From Bacilli bacterium (GTDB lineage Bacteria; Bacillota_I; Bacilli_A; ML615J-28; CAG-313): 64,000 nt of DNA. The notes under the pieces are model-generated. The model ran no database searches. It worked only from the letters and a program-made list of their open reading frames with translations, and was not told where the DNA came from. The translations under genes and the position numbers were made by a program. Where the stretch lies: the NCBI GenBank assembly GCA_045589955.1, contig JAZNQD010000009.1, positions 48,294 to 112,293 of the forward strand, in the 5' to 3' direction. Of the stretch, positions 18,443-25,488 are shown in pieces (the first letter of the stretch is position 1; each line of letters starts with the position of its first letter).

Positions 18443-18520
18443 GGCTAGAGGAGGTGGAGTCGAACCACACACAACCAATATCTGCAGATACTAGAATTTC
18501 CCTCTACTTCCCGTCTTCTT
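18443..18520 (-). ncRNA. truncated tRNA-like element (acceptor stem + T-arm, single 8-bp hairpin replacing D and anticodon arms)
   Basis: Acceptor TAGAGGG/TCCTCTA, T-arm GTGG-TTCGACT-CCAC, hairpin CTAGTATC-TGCA-GATATTGG, 3' end CCG not CCA, followed by U10. Confidence 0.4.
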
Positions 18521-18579
18521 AATCAAACTTTCTTTCTGCAGAAATACTTATTTGACATAGTAGAGCTCCTCTTATAAAA

Positions 18580-18655
18580 TGGTGGAGGTAAGGAGGTTCG
18601 AACTCCTGACCCCCTGCTTGCAAAGCAGGTGCTCTCCCAACTGAGCTATACCCCC
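18580..18655 (-). tRNA. tRNA-Ala (TGC)
   Basis: Acceptor GGGGGTA/TACCTCC with G3:U70, anticodon loop TTTGCAA, T-loop TTCGAAC, CCA. Confidence 0.75.
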
Positions 18656-18862
18656 ACAAAAATAATATCTTATATAAGCGATTAATTGATACTTTATATA
18701 CAAGGTGCGAATCAGCGTTAGGCAGAGTTAGGACAATAAATCTTTCGGATATCACGACTTACCTAAGAAAATTCCTGTTAGCTCTTTCGGTGGTTGCCTC
18801 TATCATTCGTGTGTTAGATTTACTCAATTAATCATAATCCCTCGCACAAGGAATAGATATAA

Positions 18863-18938
18863 TGGCACACTCAACAGGACTCGAACCTGTAATAAAAGTT
18901 TAGAAGACTTTGGGTTTGTCCAATTAGCCTATGAGTGT
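18863..18938 (-). tRNA. tRNA-Arg (TCT)
   Basis: Acceptor ACACTCA/TGAGTGT, anticodon loop CTTCTAA, T-loop TTCGAGT, CCA; weak D-stem. Confidence 0.6.
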
Positions 18939-18940
18939 AA

Positions 18941-19012
18941 AAAATGAAGTAAACTAACCGTTAGACTGAATAGACAGTAAAGGAGTCGAACCTTATTTAA
19001 TTACTTCATAAA
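18941..19012 (-). ncRNA. tRNA-sized degenerate tRNA-like remnant
   Basis: Exactly fills the gap between tRNA-Arg and tRNA-Asp; 9-bp terminal stem ATGAAGTAA/TTACTTCAT and internal AAGG-TTCGACT-CCTT T-arm-like hairpin but no canonical cloverleaf on either strand. Confidence 0.3.
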
Positions 19013-19015
19013 AAC

Positions 19016-19092
19016 TGGCGGGATTGATGGGGCTCGAACCCACGACCCTCTGCGTGACAGGCAGATATTCTAACCAGCTGAACTACAACCCC
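19016..19092 (-). tRNA. tRNA-Asp (GTC)
   Basis: Acceptor GGGGTTG/CAATCCC, anticodon loop CTGTCAC, T-loop TTCGAGC, CCA. Confidence 0.7.
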
Positions 19093-19229
19093 GTAAATGG
19101 TGGATAGGTGGGATTTTCACCCACATTTTTTAATTGACCGGTAAGTTTTACATTTCAAAAACACTCATAATGATTTATCTAGATAATTACTATTTTAATT
19201 TTTGTTTTTAAACTACTATCCTATAAAAA

Positions 19230-19314
19230 TGGCGGAGGGTGAGGGACTCGAACTCTCACAACCTTTCGGTCGGCGGTTTTCAAGACCGCTGCAATACCAT
19301 TATGCGAACCCTCC
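19230..19314 (-). tRNA. tRNA-Ser (TGA), type II
   Basis: Acceptor GGAGGGT/ACCCTCC, anticodon loop CTTGAAA, long variable arm, T-loop TTCGAGT, CCA. Confidence 0.7.
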
Positions 19315-19486
19315 AAAATAAAGGTGCTTTATCAGTACTCTTACGTAATAAAGCTTCGACTGCAGTTCAGGCATCCTTTCCACCTATATAGATGTAGTTC
19401 TATACCGACTCCCTATTTCAAACATTAGGGGCATGTACCAAACAAACTTATCTAGAATCAATGTTCGTTTGGATTTAAAGTACAGA

Positions 19487-19687
19487 TTATTTAAATACTA
19501 CTGGCATAACACTTAAATAATCCGTACTTTCTTTTTTCCAATCAAACTTTTTTATTTCTTTTTTCTTATTTTTAATTACTCTAGTACGTAATAAACCTTT
19601 TAACTGAGCCTCTATCAACATAAAATTTCGTCTTTTAGGCGCTTTAATTTTAAGCTTAAACTTATTTTTCATAATCTTGACCTTCAA
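19487..19687 (-). CDS. small highly basic hypothetical protein
   Basis: 66 aa, Lys/Arg rich; directly downstream of ACP gene. Confidence 0.4.
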   Translation of the reverse strand: MKVKIMKNKFKLKIKAPKRRNFMLIEAQLKGLLRTRVIKNKKKEIKKFDWKKESTDYLSVMPVVFK

Positions 19688-19938
19688 ATATGTTTTTCAA
19701 GATATTCAACTAAGTCCTTTACAGTTTCTATTTTTTCAGCATCATTATCTGCAATTTCTAAACCAAATTCTTCTTCAACGTACATAATTAATTCAACATG
19801 ATCTAAACTATCTAAATATAAATCATTATCAAAAGTATGTGTCATAAGAATTTCATTTCTATGCTTACCTGACACGTCTTCAATTAATTTTGCAACTTTA
19901 TTGAATATCTCTTTGTTTTCCATGACCATTTCTTTCAT
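19684..19938 (-). CDS. acpP: acyl carrier protein
   Basis: MKEMVMENKEIFNKVAKLIEDV...DNDLYLDSLDHVELIMYVEEEFGLEIADNDAEKIETVKDLVEYL carries the DSL phosphopantetheine-attachment motif and helix-II acidic patch. The ORF-track N-terminal extension 19939..20106 is spurious because it overlaps two tRNAs. Confidence 0.75.
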   Translation of the reverse strand: MKEMVMENKEIFNKVAKLIEDVSGKHRNEILMTHTFDNDLYLDSLDHVELIMYVEEEFGLEIADNDAEKIETVKDLVEYLEKHI

Positions 19939-19943
19939 ATAAT

Positions 19944-20019
19944 TGGAGCGAGTGAACGGGCTCGAACCGTCGACATCAACCTTGGCAAGGTTGCGCTCTA
20001 CCAACTGAGCTACACTCGC
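19944..20019 (-). tRNA. tRNA-Gly (GCC)
   Basis: Acceptor GCGAGTG/CACTCGC, D GCTC/GAGC, anticodon loop TTGCCAA, T-loop TTCGAGC, CCA. Confidence 0.75.
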
Positions 20020-20028
20020 AAAAAATGC

Positions 20029-20150
20029 GGGTAAGGGATAGATTCGAACTACCGACCAAGAGGTTACCAACCATGCAGATACAATTGCTGTGCCTATTTT
20101 TACCAAAATAGTTTATTTGCTTCTTGCTCTAACCGCTGAGCTACCTTACC
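20029..20150 (-). tRNA. anomalous 122-nt tRNA (candidate Thr, GGT) with about 50 nt of extra internal sequence; possible intron-containing gene or pseudogene
   Basis: Perfect acceptor GGTAAGG/CCTTACC, D-arm GCTC-AGCGGTTAGA-GC and T-arm GGTAG-TTCGAAT-CTATC, internal CTATT-TTGGTAA-AATAG anticodon-like hairpin, 3' end GCA instead of CCA. Confidence 0.4.
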
Positions 20151-20158
20151 CATAAGAA

Positions 20159-20398
20159 CTAACTTATTTCAATAGTTTTAAATAAAAATGTAATGGTAAT
20201 CTGAAATGTACGAATTATATCTTCATCTAAAACTTCTACAAATAACACTTTATCACCGTCTAATGCAACACTTTTCGAATACCATTCTGGATGTTTTTCT
20301 ACCCATTCTTGCGCTAATGACATGGGATGAAGATTTTGTTCACTCTCATAGTCTTCCCAGTCAATATCATTTTGTAATCGTATTTTACATTTTTGCAT
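20159..20398 (-). CDS. hypothetical protein
   Basis: 79 aa ORF. Confidence 0.45.
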   Translation of the reverse strand: MQKCKIRLQNDIDWEDYESEQNLHPMSLAQEWVEKHPEWYSKSVALDGDKVLFVEVLDEDIIRTFQITITFLFKTIEIS

Positions 20399-20420
20399 TT
20401 AACATCTTTCTTTTAAATTG

Positions 20421-20507
20421 TGGTGGGCTAGGCCGGAATCGAACCGGCACGGGATTGCTCCCAACAGATTTTAAGTCTGCAGCGTCTACCAGTTCCGCCA
20501 CAAGCCC
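20421..20507 (-). tRNA. tRNA-Leu (TAA), type II
   Basis: Anticodon loop CTTAAAA, long variable arm, T-arm GCCGG-TTCGATT-CCGGC, CCA. Confidence 0.7.
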
Positions 20508-20526
20508 ATATTAAGTAATAATTTCT

Positions 20527-20567
20527 TAAAAAAGAAGTGTCCTTTATTTTCAAGAACACTTACAATA
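20527..20567 (-). terminator. rho-independent terminator after small basic protein gene
   Basis: Hairpin AAGTGTTC...GGACACTT followed by CTTTTTTAAG on minus. Confidence 0.4.
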
Positions 20568-20603
20568 TGCATTAAAATTTTTAAATGTAAAACAAAAAAG
20601 TGA

Positions 20604-20789
20604 TTATTTTTTCTTTTTACTCGCTACTTGTAAAGTGACTTCTTTTTTAGCAGTGTTAGTATTACACGATGGAGCTTTACCAACTGTTGATTTTAATAAA
20701 TGAAAGCTTGGCATTAATTTCATTCTTTTTGCCCAGCGTTTAGCAAACATTATTTCTTCAACAGTTTTCTTTTTCTTTTCCATAGCCAT
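20604..20789 (-). CDS. small basic protein (61 aa)
   Basis: Start moved to ATG 20787-20789 (MAMEKKKK) with AGGAG RBS; the longer ORF-track start overlaps tRNA-Asn. Confidence 0.45.
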   Translation of the reverse strand: MAMEKKKKTVEEIMFAKRWAKRMKLMPSFHLLKSTVGKAPSCNTNTAKKEVTLQVASKKKK

Positions 20790-20815
20790 TATATCATACT
20801 CCTTTTTATAAAAAT

Positions 20816-20890
20816 TGGCTGGGATGGAGGGATTCGAACCCCCGACCAATCGGTTAACAGCTGATTGCACTGCCGCTGTGCTACATCCCA
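20816..20890 (-). tRNA. tRNA-Asn (GTT)
   Basis: Acceptor TGGGATG/CATCCCA, D GCAC/GTGC, anticodon loop CTGTTAA, T-loop TTCGAAT, CCA. Confidence 0.65.
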
Positions 20891-20902
20891 ATGATTAAAA
20901 GT

Positions 20903-20979
20903 TGGTTGGCCGAGCGAGACTTGAACTTGCGACCCCAGCTTTATCAGAGCTGTGCTCTAACCACCTGAGCTACCGACCA
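20903..20979 (-). tRNA. tRNA-Ile (GAT)
   Basis: Anticodon stem CAGCT/AGCTG with loop CTGATAA, T-loop TTCAAGT, CCA. Confidence 0.7.
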
Positions 20980-20984
20980 ATAAA

Positions 20985-21060
20985 TGGTGCCAGCAGAGAG
21001 ACTTGAACTCCCAACCTTCTCATTACAAGTGAGTTGCTCTACCAATTGAGCTATGCTGGC
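20985..21060 (-). tRNA. tRNA-Thr (TGT)
   Basis: Acceptor GCCAGCA/TGCTGGC, D GCTC/GAGC, anticodon loop CTTGTAA, T-loop TTCAAGT, CCA. Confidence 0.7.
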
Positions 21061-21077
21061 AATGTATAATATAAGAA

Positions 21078-21596
21078 CTATTCTCTCGAATTATTTTTAG
21101 AAACAAATTTCTGTTTTTTATTCTTTTTGGAATTTTTCATATATTTATTTCTAATTTCTTGTATTTTCTGCTTCTTTTGTTGAAGTAACATATTCTCATA
21201 TCGTTTACGTATTTCTTTAGCACTTTTATCAGCTTCCTTGTTATAATAAGAAAGGACAGTACCGTCTTGGCAATGTCCCTTAATCCACATAACATGGCAA
21301 TTCAAAGCTTCTAATCGTTCTAAAATGTTATCGAGAATTATTTTTTCATTTGGTCGATATGAGCCATTTCTAATTGCGTGAATTGCGTATGAAGAATCCG
21401 TTAACAAGGTAATATGTTCTTTAGTATCTTTTATACTAACAAGAGCAAATAAAATAGCGCGTAATTCAGCAGTATTATTATCAGATTCTTCTACAACCGC
21501 AGCATCTCTAAAAATTTCTCTGTTTCTAGCGTCTGTAATAACAAATGCTATACCCGAATTATTTTTACGTGTGCTTGCGTCGGTATATATTTTCAC
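21078..21596 (-). CDS. rnhA: ribonuclease H (RNase HI-like)
   Basis: DASTRKNNSGIAFVI...AELRAILFAL...LLTDSSYAI...MWIKGHCQDGT...NKEADKSAKE matches D-E-D-H-D RNase H catalytic layout. Confidence 0.6.
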   Translation of the reverse strand: MKIYTDASTRKNNSGIAFVITDARNREIFRDAAVVEESDNNTAELRAILFALVSIKDTKEHITLLTDSSYAIHAIRNGSYRPNEKIILDNILERLEALNCHVMWIKGHCQDGTVLSYYNKEADKSAKEIRKRYENMLLQQKKQKIQEIRNKYMKNSKKNKKQKFVSKNNSRE

Positions 21597-21649
21597 AAGA
21601 TTTGTCCTAGCTTAATTTACCTATTATCTAGAACATTTAGTGATATAAT

Positions 21650-21726
21650 TGGTGATCCCGACGAGATTCGAACTCGTGATCTTCTCCGTGAAAGGGAGAT
21701 GTCCTAGGCCGCTAGACGACGGGACC
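21650..21726 (-). tRNA. tRNA-Glu (TTC)
   Basis: Close to canonical bacterial tRNA-Glu: GGTCCCG-TC-GTCT-AGCGGCCTA-GGAC, anticodon loop CTTTCAC, T-loop TTCGAAT, CCA. Confidence 0.8.
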
Positions 21727-21831
21727 ATTGGCGGGGGTAGCTATATCGGTGTCATTGCGCAACCTATGTAAACGTCCAAACTATAACTAGTATTCGTAAG
21801 GATAGTTTTACCGACCCCCATAGTATAAATC

Positions 21832-22104
21832 TTAAACAGCTACGTTTATACTTGCTCCAACAGAAGTCATTGCACCAGTCATTGCACCTGAAGAATTATA
21901 ACCTGGACAAGCTGGCTGACCAACTGCATTTCTATAATGCTCGCTTGCAATTCCTTGTGTTTGTGACGAATTCAAAGCAATTAAAATCGATTTTTTCTTT
22001 TCATCATCCTCATCATTAATAATAGCAATCATAGATGAAGATTGACTGCTATAAGTAGATTGACAAGGTGACATTATTTGTGTATTTATTCCGCCTACTT
22101 CCAT
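21832..22104 (-). CDS. hypothetical Ser/Gly/Ala-rich small protein
   Basis: 90 aa ORF. Confidence 0.4.
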   Translation of the reverse strand: MEVGGINTQIMSPCQSTYSSQSSSMIAIINDEDDEKKKSILIALNSSQTQGIASEHYRNAVGQPACPGYNSSGAMTGAMTSVGASINVAV

Positions 22105-22155
22105 GATTTAATATCCTTTTTTTAATATTATCATTTTATAGAACGGTTATTTAAT

Positions 22156-22231
22156 TGGTTGCGAGGGGAGGAATTGAACCTCCTACCCCAAGGTTATGAG
22201 CCTTGTAAGCTAACCGTTGCTCTACCTCGCA
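22156..22231 (-). tRNA. tRNA-Met (CAT), second copy
   Basis: Acceptor TGCGAGG/CCTCGCA, anticodon stem CAAGG/CCTTG with loop CTCATAA, T-arm GGAGG-TTCAATT-CCTCC, CCA. Confidence 0.65.
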
Positions 22232-22756
22232 ATAAAAACAAATTTCTTTTATAGACGCTTAAGTAATAACAATCTAATTAAGACCAAGTCCTGACTAAGA
22301 AATTTAAGACTGCCAGTGTTATATTATTAAATAGGCTAATATAACAGAATAGCTTATTATTTTTTATATCGTTTCTTATTCACTATGTATTATAACTTTT
22401 GTTTCTAAAATAAATATTTACATTAAAAAATGCAATATGTAAAACAGAATATTGTATAGAATATGAAATTATTTTAATTTTGTTATAAAAAGTTATAAAA
22501 AAAGAAAAAAGTGTATCAAATTGGCGAAGATACACTTTTTTAGAGGAGAGTCAGTGATTATGTTGCTTAGTTTTTATTTAATCCAACGACGACATCCCAA
22601 GCAATAATTTCGCCGTTTTCAGGAAGAGCTTTTTTGGCATCTTCCTCAGTTTGAAAAGTTTGAGCGGCAAGTAAACCTTTCCATTCATTCTCTTCTGTTA
22701 AATATGCATCATATGAATATTCTTTATTCTTGATAACAAACATCTATATCTCCTTT

Positions 22757-23119
22757 TTATCTTCCATTTGATGTATTTCTATCTATATGAACTTCTGTTA
22801 CGTCAGCTTCTTTTGAATTTGTTTTTCCATTTTTAGCAATATATTTATCTATAGTATGATCAAGTCTTTCTAATTTATAATCTTTTATGTTTTCAATTTT
22901 TTCTTGGTCTAAATTATAGATTTGTTTTATCTGGTGTAACATAATTTCTACATCAGCTACTTCTTCTGCAATATTTTCAACGTTATCTGTTCCGCGGTGT
23001 ACATTTTCAAACAAAGCTTTTTGCAATTCCATTAATTCTTCAATTGCTTGCATAGTTTGATTTTTTTCACCAAATGTATTTATTACTCTATAAATAGTAC
23101 GATTTTGTTTAGGTGTCAT
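22757..23119 (-). CDS. MazG-like nucleotide pyrophosphohydrolase
   Basis: AIEELMELQKALFE ... AEEVADVEIMLHQI matches the two EExxE/D metal-binding helices of small MazG/HisE-type NTP-PPases. Confidence 0.55.
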   Translation of the reverse strand: MTPKQNRTIYRVINTFGEKNQTMQAIEELMELQKALFENVHRGTDNVENIAEEVADVEIMLHQIKQIYNLDQEKIENIKDYKLERLDHTIDKYIAKNGKTNSKEADVTEVHIDRNTSNGR

Positions 23120-23274
23120 TTTATAATTCCTGAATCATAGCACGTTCCTTTATGAATATGAGTTACGGTTTTTGGTTCAACCTCTGCTACACATTTCGTT
23201 ATACTTATTACACATACACAAATAATTATTGCACGTAAAACAGAATTTAAACAATATACCAAAACTTTTTTCAT
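23116..23274 (-). CDS. small Cys-rich hydrophobic peptide (52 aa)
   Basis: Hand-translated MKKVLVYCLNSVLRAIIICVCVISITKCVAEVEPKTVTHIHKGTCYDSGIIK; ATGA overlaps at both ends (coupled to guaC-like and mazG-like genes). Confidence 0.35.
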   Translation of the reverse strand: MKKVLVYCLNSVLRAIIICVCVISITKCVAEVEPKTVTHIHKGTCYDSGIIK

Positions 23275-24449
23275 AAAATACCCTTTCCATCATTATTTAA
23301 AATGCGGCGAACTTTATAAAATGTTGTTACTTTTGGAAAATCTTTTAGTTTTGTACAATTTATATAAGTCATGGTACTTCTTAATGATCCTAAATAGTCA
23401 TCAATAATATTTTGTACTGGACCAACGTATTCTTTTAATGTAACAATACCTTCTGATGTTCTGTAGTTAGCCATACCATTCCAATGTTTATCTTGGGCAT
23501 ATTTAGATGACATTCCATAGGCAAGTTTGAATTTTTTAGCTTCATATTTTGGTTTATCGGGGACATAAATTTCATCAATTAATGTAAATCCATCAACAAC
23601 TCTTTCTTCTGTTTCTATATAATAATCATATTCATTAGTGCGGTATACTTTTTCAATAATATCACCTTCAGCTTCATCAGTTCCAGCAACTAAAGAACCA
23701 ACCATTACAAAATCGGCACCTGCTCCATACGCCTTTGCAATATCACCATAGCAAGTAATTCCACCATCAGCACAGATATATCCACCCACCGCATGAGCAG
23801 CTTCTGCACAATCTAGTACGGTAGATAATTGTGGACGTCCAACTCCTGTTTGTTTTCTTGTCGTACAATTAGCACCCGGTCCAATCCCACACTTAACTAA
23901 GTCTGCTCCGGCTAATATTAAATCTTGGACCATATCTCCGGTTACAACATTACCAACCATTATAACGATATCTGGATACTCTTTTCTAAATAAACTTACT
24001 GCTTCTAAAAGCTTTGGAATATATCCATTAGCAATATCAATACATAAATTTTTACAAAGACCTGTATCTAAAATACGTTTTGTCTTATTTACGTCTTCAG
24101 TATTTATGCCAGTTGATAAAAAGATATAATCGTTTCCACAAATATGTCCATCAAAAGTTTTGGCAGAAAGATTATTTTCAGTAAAAAATTCATAAAGGCT
24201 GTCAAAAGAATAATGCTTTTGTAAACAACAGAACATTTTATTATATTGAAAAACTTTAGCCATTTCAAATGTACCTGTAGTTGCCATATTAGCTACAGTT
24301 AATCCATTTCCTTCTATTGTTCTATTTGACCATTTAAACGTATACTTTCTATATACATTAGGCTCTTTTCTTGAATTTAAAGTAGAGCGTTTAGGTTTAA
24401 TCAATACATCGCAATAATCTAGCTGTTCTTCGTTTATAACCTGTGTCAT
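23271..24449 (-). CDS. guaC: GMP reductase (GuaC-type, IMPDH/GMPR family)
   Basis: DVLIKPKRSTLNSR...TFKWS...ANMATTGTFEMA ... GADLVKCGIGPGANCTTRKQTGVGRPQLSTVLDCAEAAHAVGGYICADGGI...GADFVMVGS aligns block by block with bacterial GuaC. Confidence 0.7.
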   Translation of the reverse strand: MTQVINEEQLDYCDVLIKPKRSTLNSRKEPNVYRKYTFKWSNRTIEGNGLTVANMATTGTFEMAKVFQYNKMFCCLQKHYSFDSLYEFFTENNLSAKTFDGHICGNDYIFLSTGINTEDVNKTKRILDTGLCKNLCIDIANGYIPKLLEAVSLFRKEYPDIVIMVGNVVTGDMVQDLILAGADLVKCGIGPGANCTTRKQTGVGRPQLSTVLDCAEAAHAVGGYICADGGITCYGDIAKAYGAGADFVMVGSLVAGTDEAEGDIIEKVYRTNEYDYYIETEERVVDGFTLIDEIYVPDKPKYEAKKFKLAYGMSSKYAQDKHWNGMANYRTSEGIVTLKEYVGPVQNIIDDYLGSLRSTMTYINCTKLKDFPKVTTFYKVRRILNNDGKGIL

Positions 24450-24452
24450 TTA

Positions 24453-24698
24453 TTAATCCTTTTTTCTAATTTTTTTGAGAATATCCTGTAGAAGTGGATC
24501 TTTTGAAAATGCTTCAGTGCTTATATTACACAGCGCATCGATAATTGCATCTACTCTTTTTTTATCCCAAGTATTTTTACGTACTTCTATTAAAGATACT
24601 ATTTGTGGTCTTACTGTATACCAATATGTATCGTAAAGTATTTTTTCTTTAGAAGCATGTTTTTCTCTCATTGTAAGATTTCTAAGCCAATTCCGCAT
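24453..24698 (-). CDS. hypothetical protein
   Basis: 81 aa ORF. Confidence 0.45.
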   Translation of the reverse strand: MRNWLRNLTMREKHASKEKILYDTYWYTVRPQIVSLIEVRKNTWDKKRVDAIIDALCNISTEAFSKDPLLQDILKKIRKKD

Positions 24699-25017
24699 CT
24701 TCTTCCTCTTTCAAACGTTTTAATTTTTTTAATTCTTTTACTAATACTGGACAAACTACATTTAAACGCTTTTCATAATTTTTTTCTAATTTTTTTCCTG
24801 AACGCCAATCGTCTAGCCAAATATCTACAACAGGTGTATTTAGTTGAACAATTAATTCACAAAGATTTTTTATAACGTCCATAGAAGTATTTTTATTAAA
24901 CAGTGCTGTTGCAATATGATTTAAAACAACTAATTCTTTTACATTAAAAGCCTCGTTTTCTTTAATTATTTTATCATATCCAAATAATTTATTAAAAAAA
25001 TTTTTAAGCATTAACAT
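24682..25017 (-). CDS. hypothetical protein
   Basis: 111 aa ORF. Confidence 0.5.
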   Translation of the reverse strand: MLMLKNFFNKLFGYDKIIKENEAFNVKELVVLNHIATALFNKNTSMDVIKNLCELIVQLNTPVVDIWLDDWRSGKKLEKNYEKRLNVVCPVLVKELKKLKRLKEEEDAELA

Positions 25018-25477
25018 TAAATTTACTCCATAGACGACATAAAAAGTTTTGAAAACGAATAAGGCGTTTACCGTATAATTTCCAGCGTCGAATTATTTTA
25101 TGGATAGTTCGTAAACCACATGGTGAGATGTAACTAAGATGAGTTAAACCAGTGTCATATCCAGCAATTCTTACTCCTCTTTTATTATACGATATTCTAC
25201 CTTCTCGTGTAAGCTTATATTTAACATTCCAATCTCTGTTAAAACCCGATGCTTTTAATGGAAGATCATCTATTACAGTAAGATAATCATAAGGAATGAG
25301 AATATAATAATAATGATCCGCATGATAAAAATTAATTCGGTTAACTATCCAAATAAAATCATCATAAGGTAATTCAACATCATCAACAGTACATTGTGAT
25401 AATATTTCGTATATTACCGCATCTCTTTCACGATTATCTCGCCTATAATAGGTAAGTAGTCTATACATTAATCGCAC
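25004..25477 (-). CDS. hypothetical protein
   Basis: 157 aa ORF with promoter upstream. Confidence 0.5.
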   Translation of the reverse strand: MRLMYRLLTYYRRDNRERDAVIYEILSQCTVDDVELPYDDFIWIVNRINFYHADHYYYILIPYDYLTVIDDLPLKASGFNRDWNVKYKLTREGRISYNKRGVRIAGYDTGLTHLSYISPCGLRTIHKIIRRWKLYGKRLIRFQNFLCRLWSKFNVNA

Positions 25478-25488
25478 CTTTCTATCGA

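Noticed and set aside
18207-18755. ORF-track CDSs 18207..18494 (+) and 18519..18755 (-)
   Set aside because: They overlap tRNA-Ser, the tRNA-like element and tRNA-Ala; there is no RBS, and the composition is a tRNA artefact.
19105-19139. Plus-strand terminator-like hairpin GGTGGG-ATTTT-CACCCAC followed by a T-run inside tRNA array 3
   Set aside because: No plus-strand gene ends here. It is probably an incidental hairpin or processing structure of the minus-strand tRNA precursor, and evidence for function is insufficient.
19939-20106. N-terminal 56 codons of ORF 19684..20106
   Set aside because: The extension runs through tRNA-Gly and the 122-nt tRNA. The real ACP start is ATG 19936-19938, which gives a normal-length ACP.
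21832-22104. Assignment of the 90-aa Ser/Gly-rich protein as a small acid-soluble spore protein or similar
   Set aside because: Only a vague compositional resemblance. A spanin-containing Gram-negative host makes a SASP call implausible, so it is left as hypothetical.
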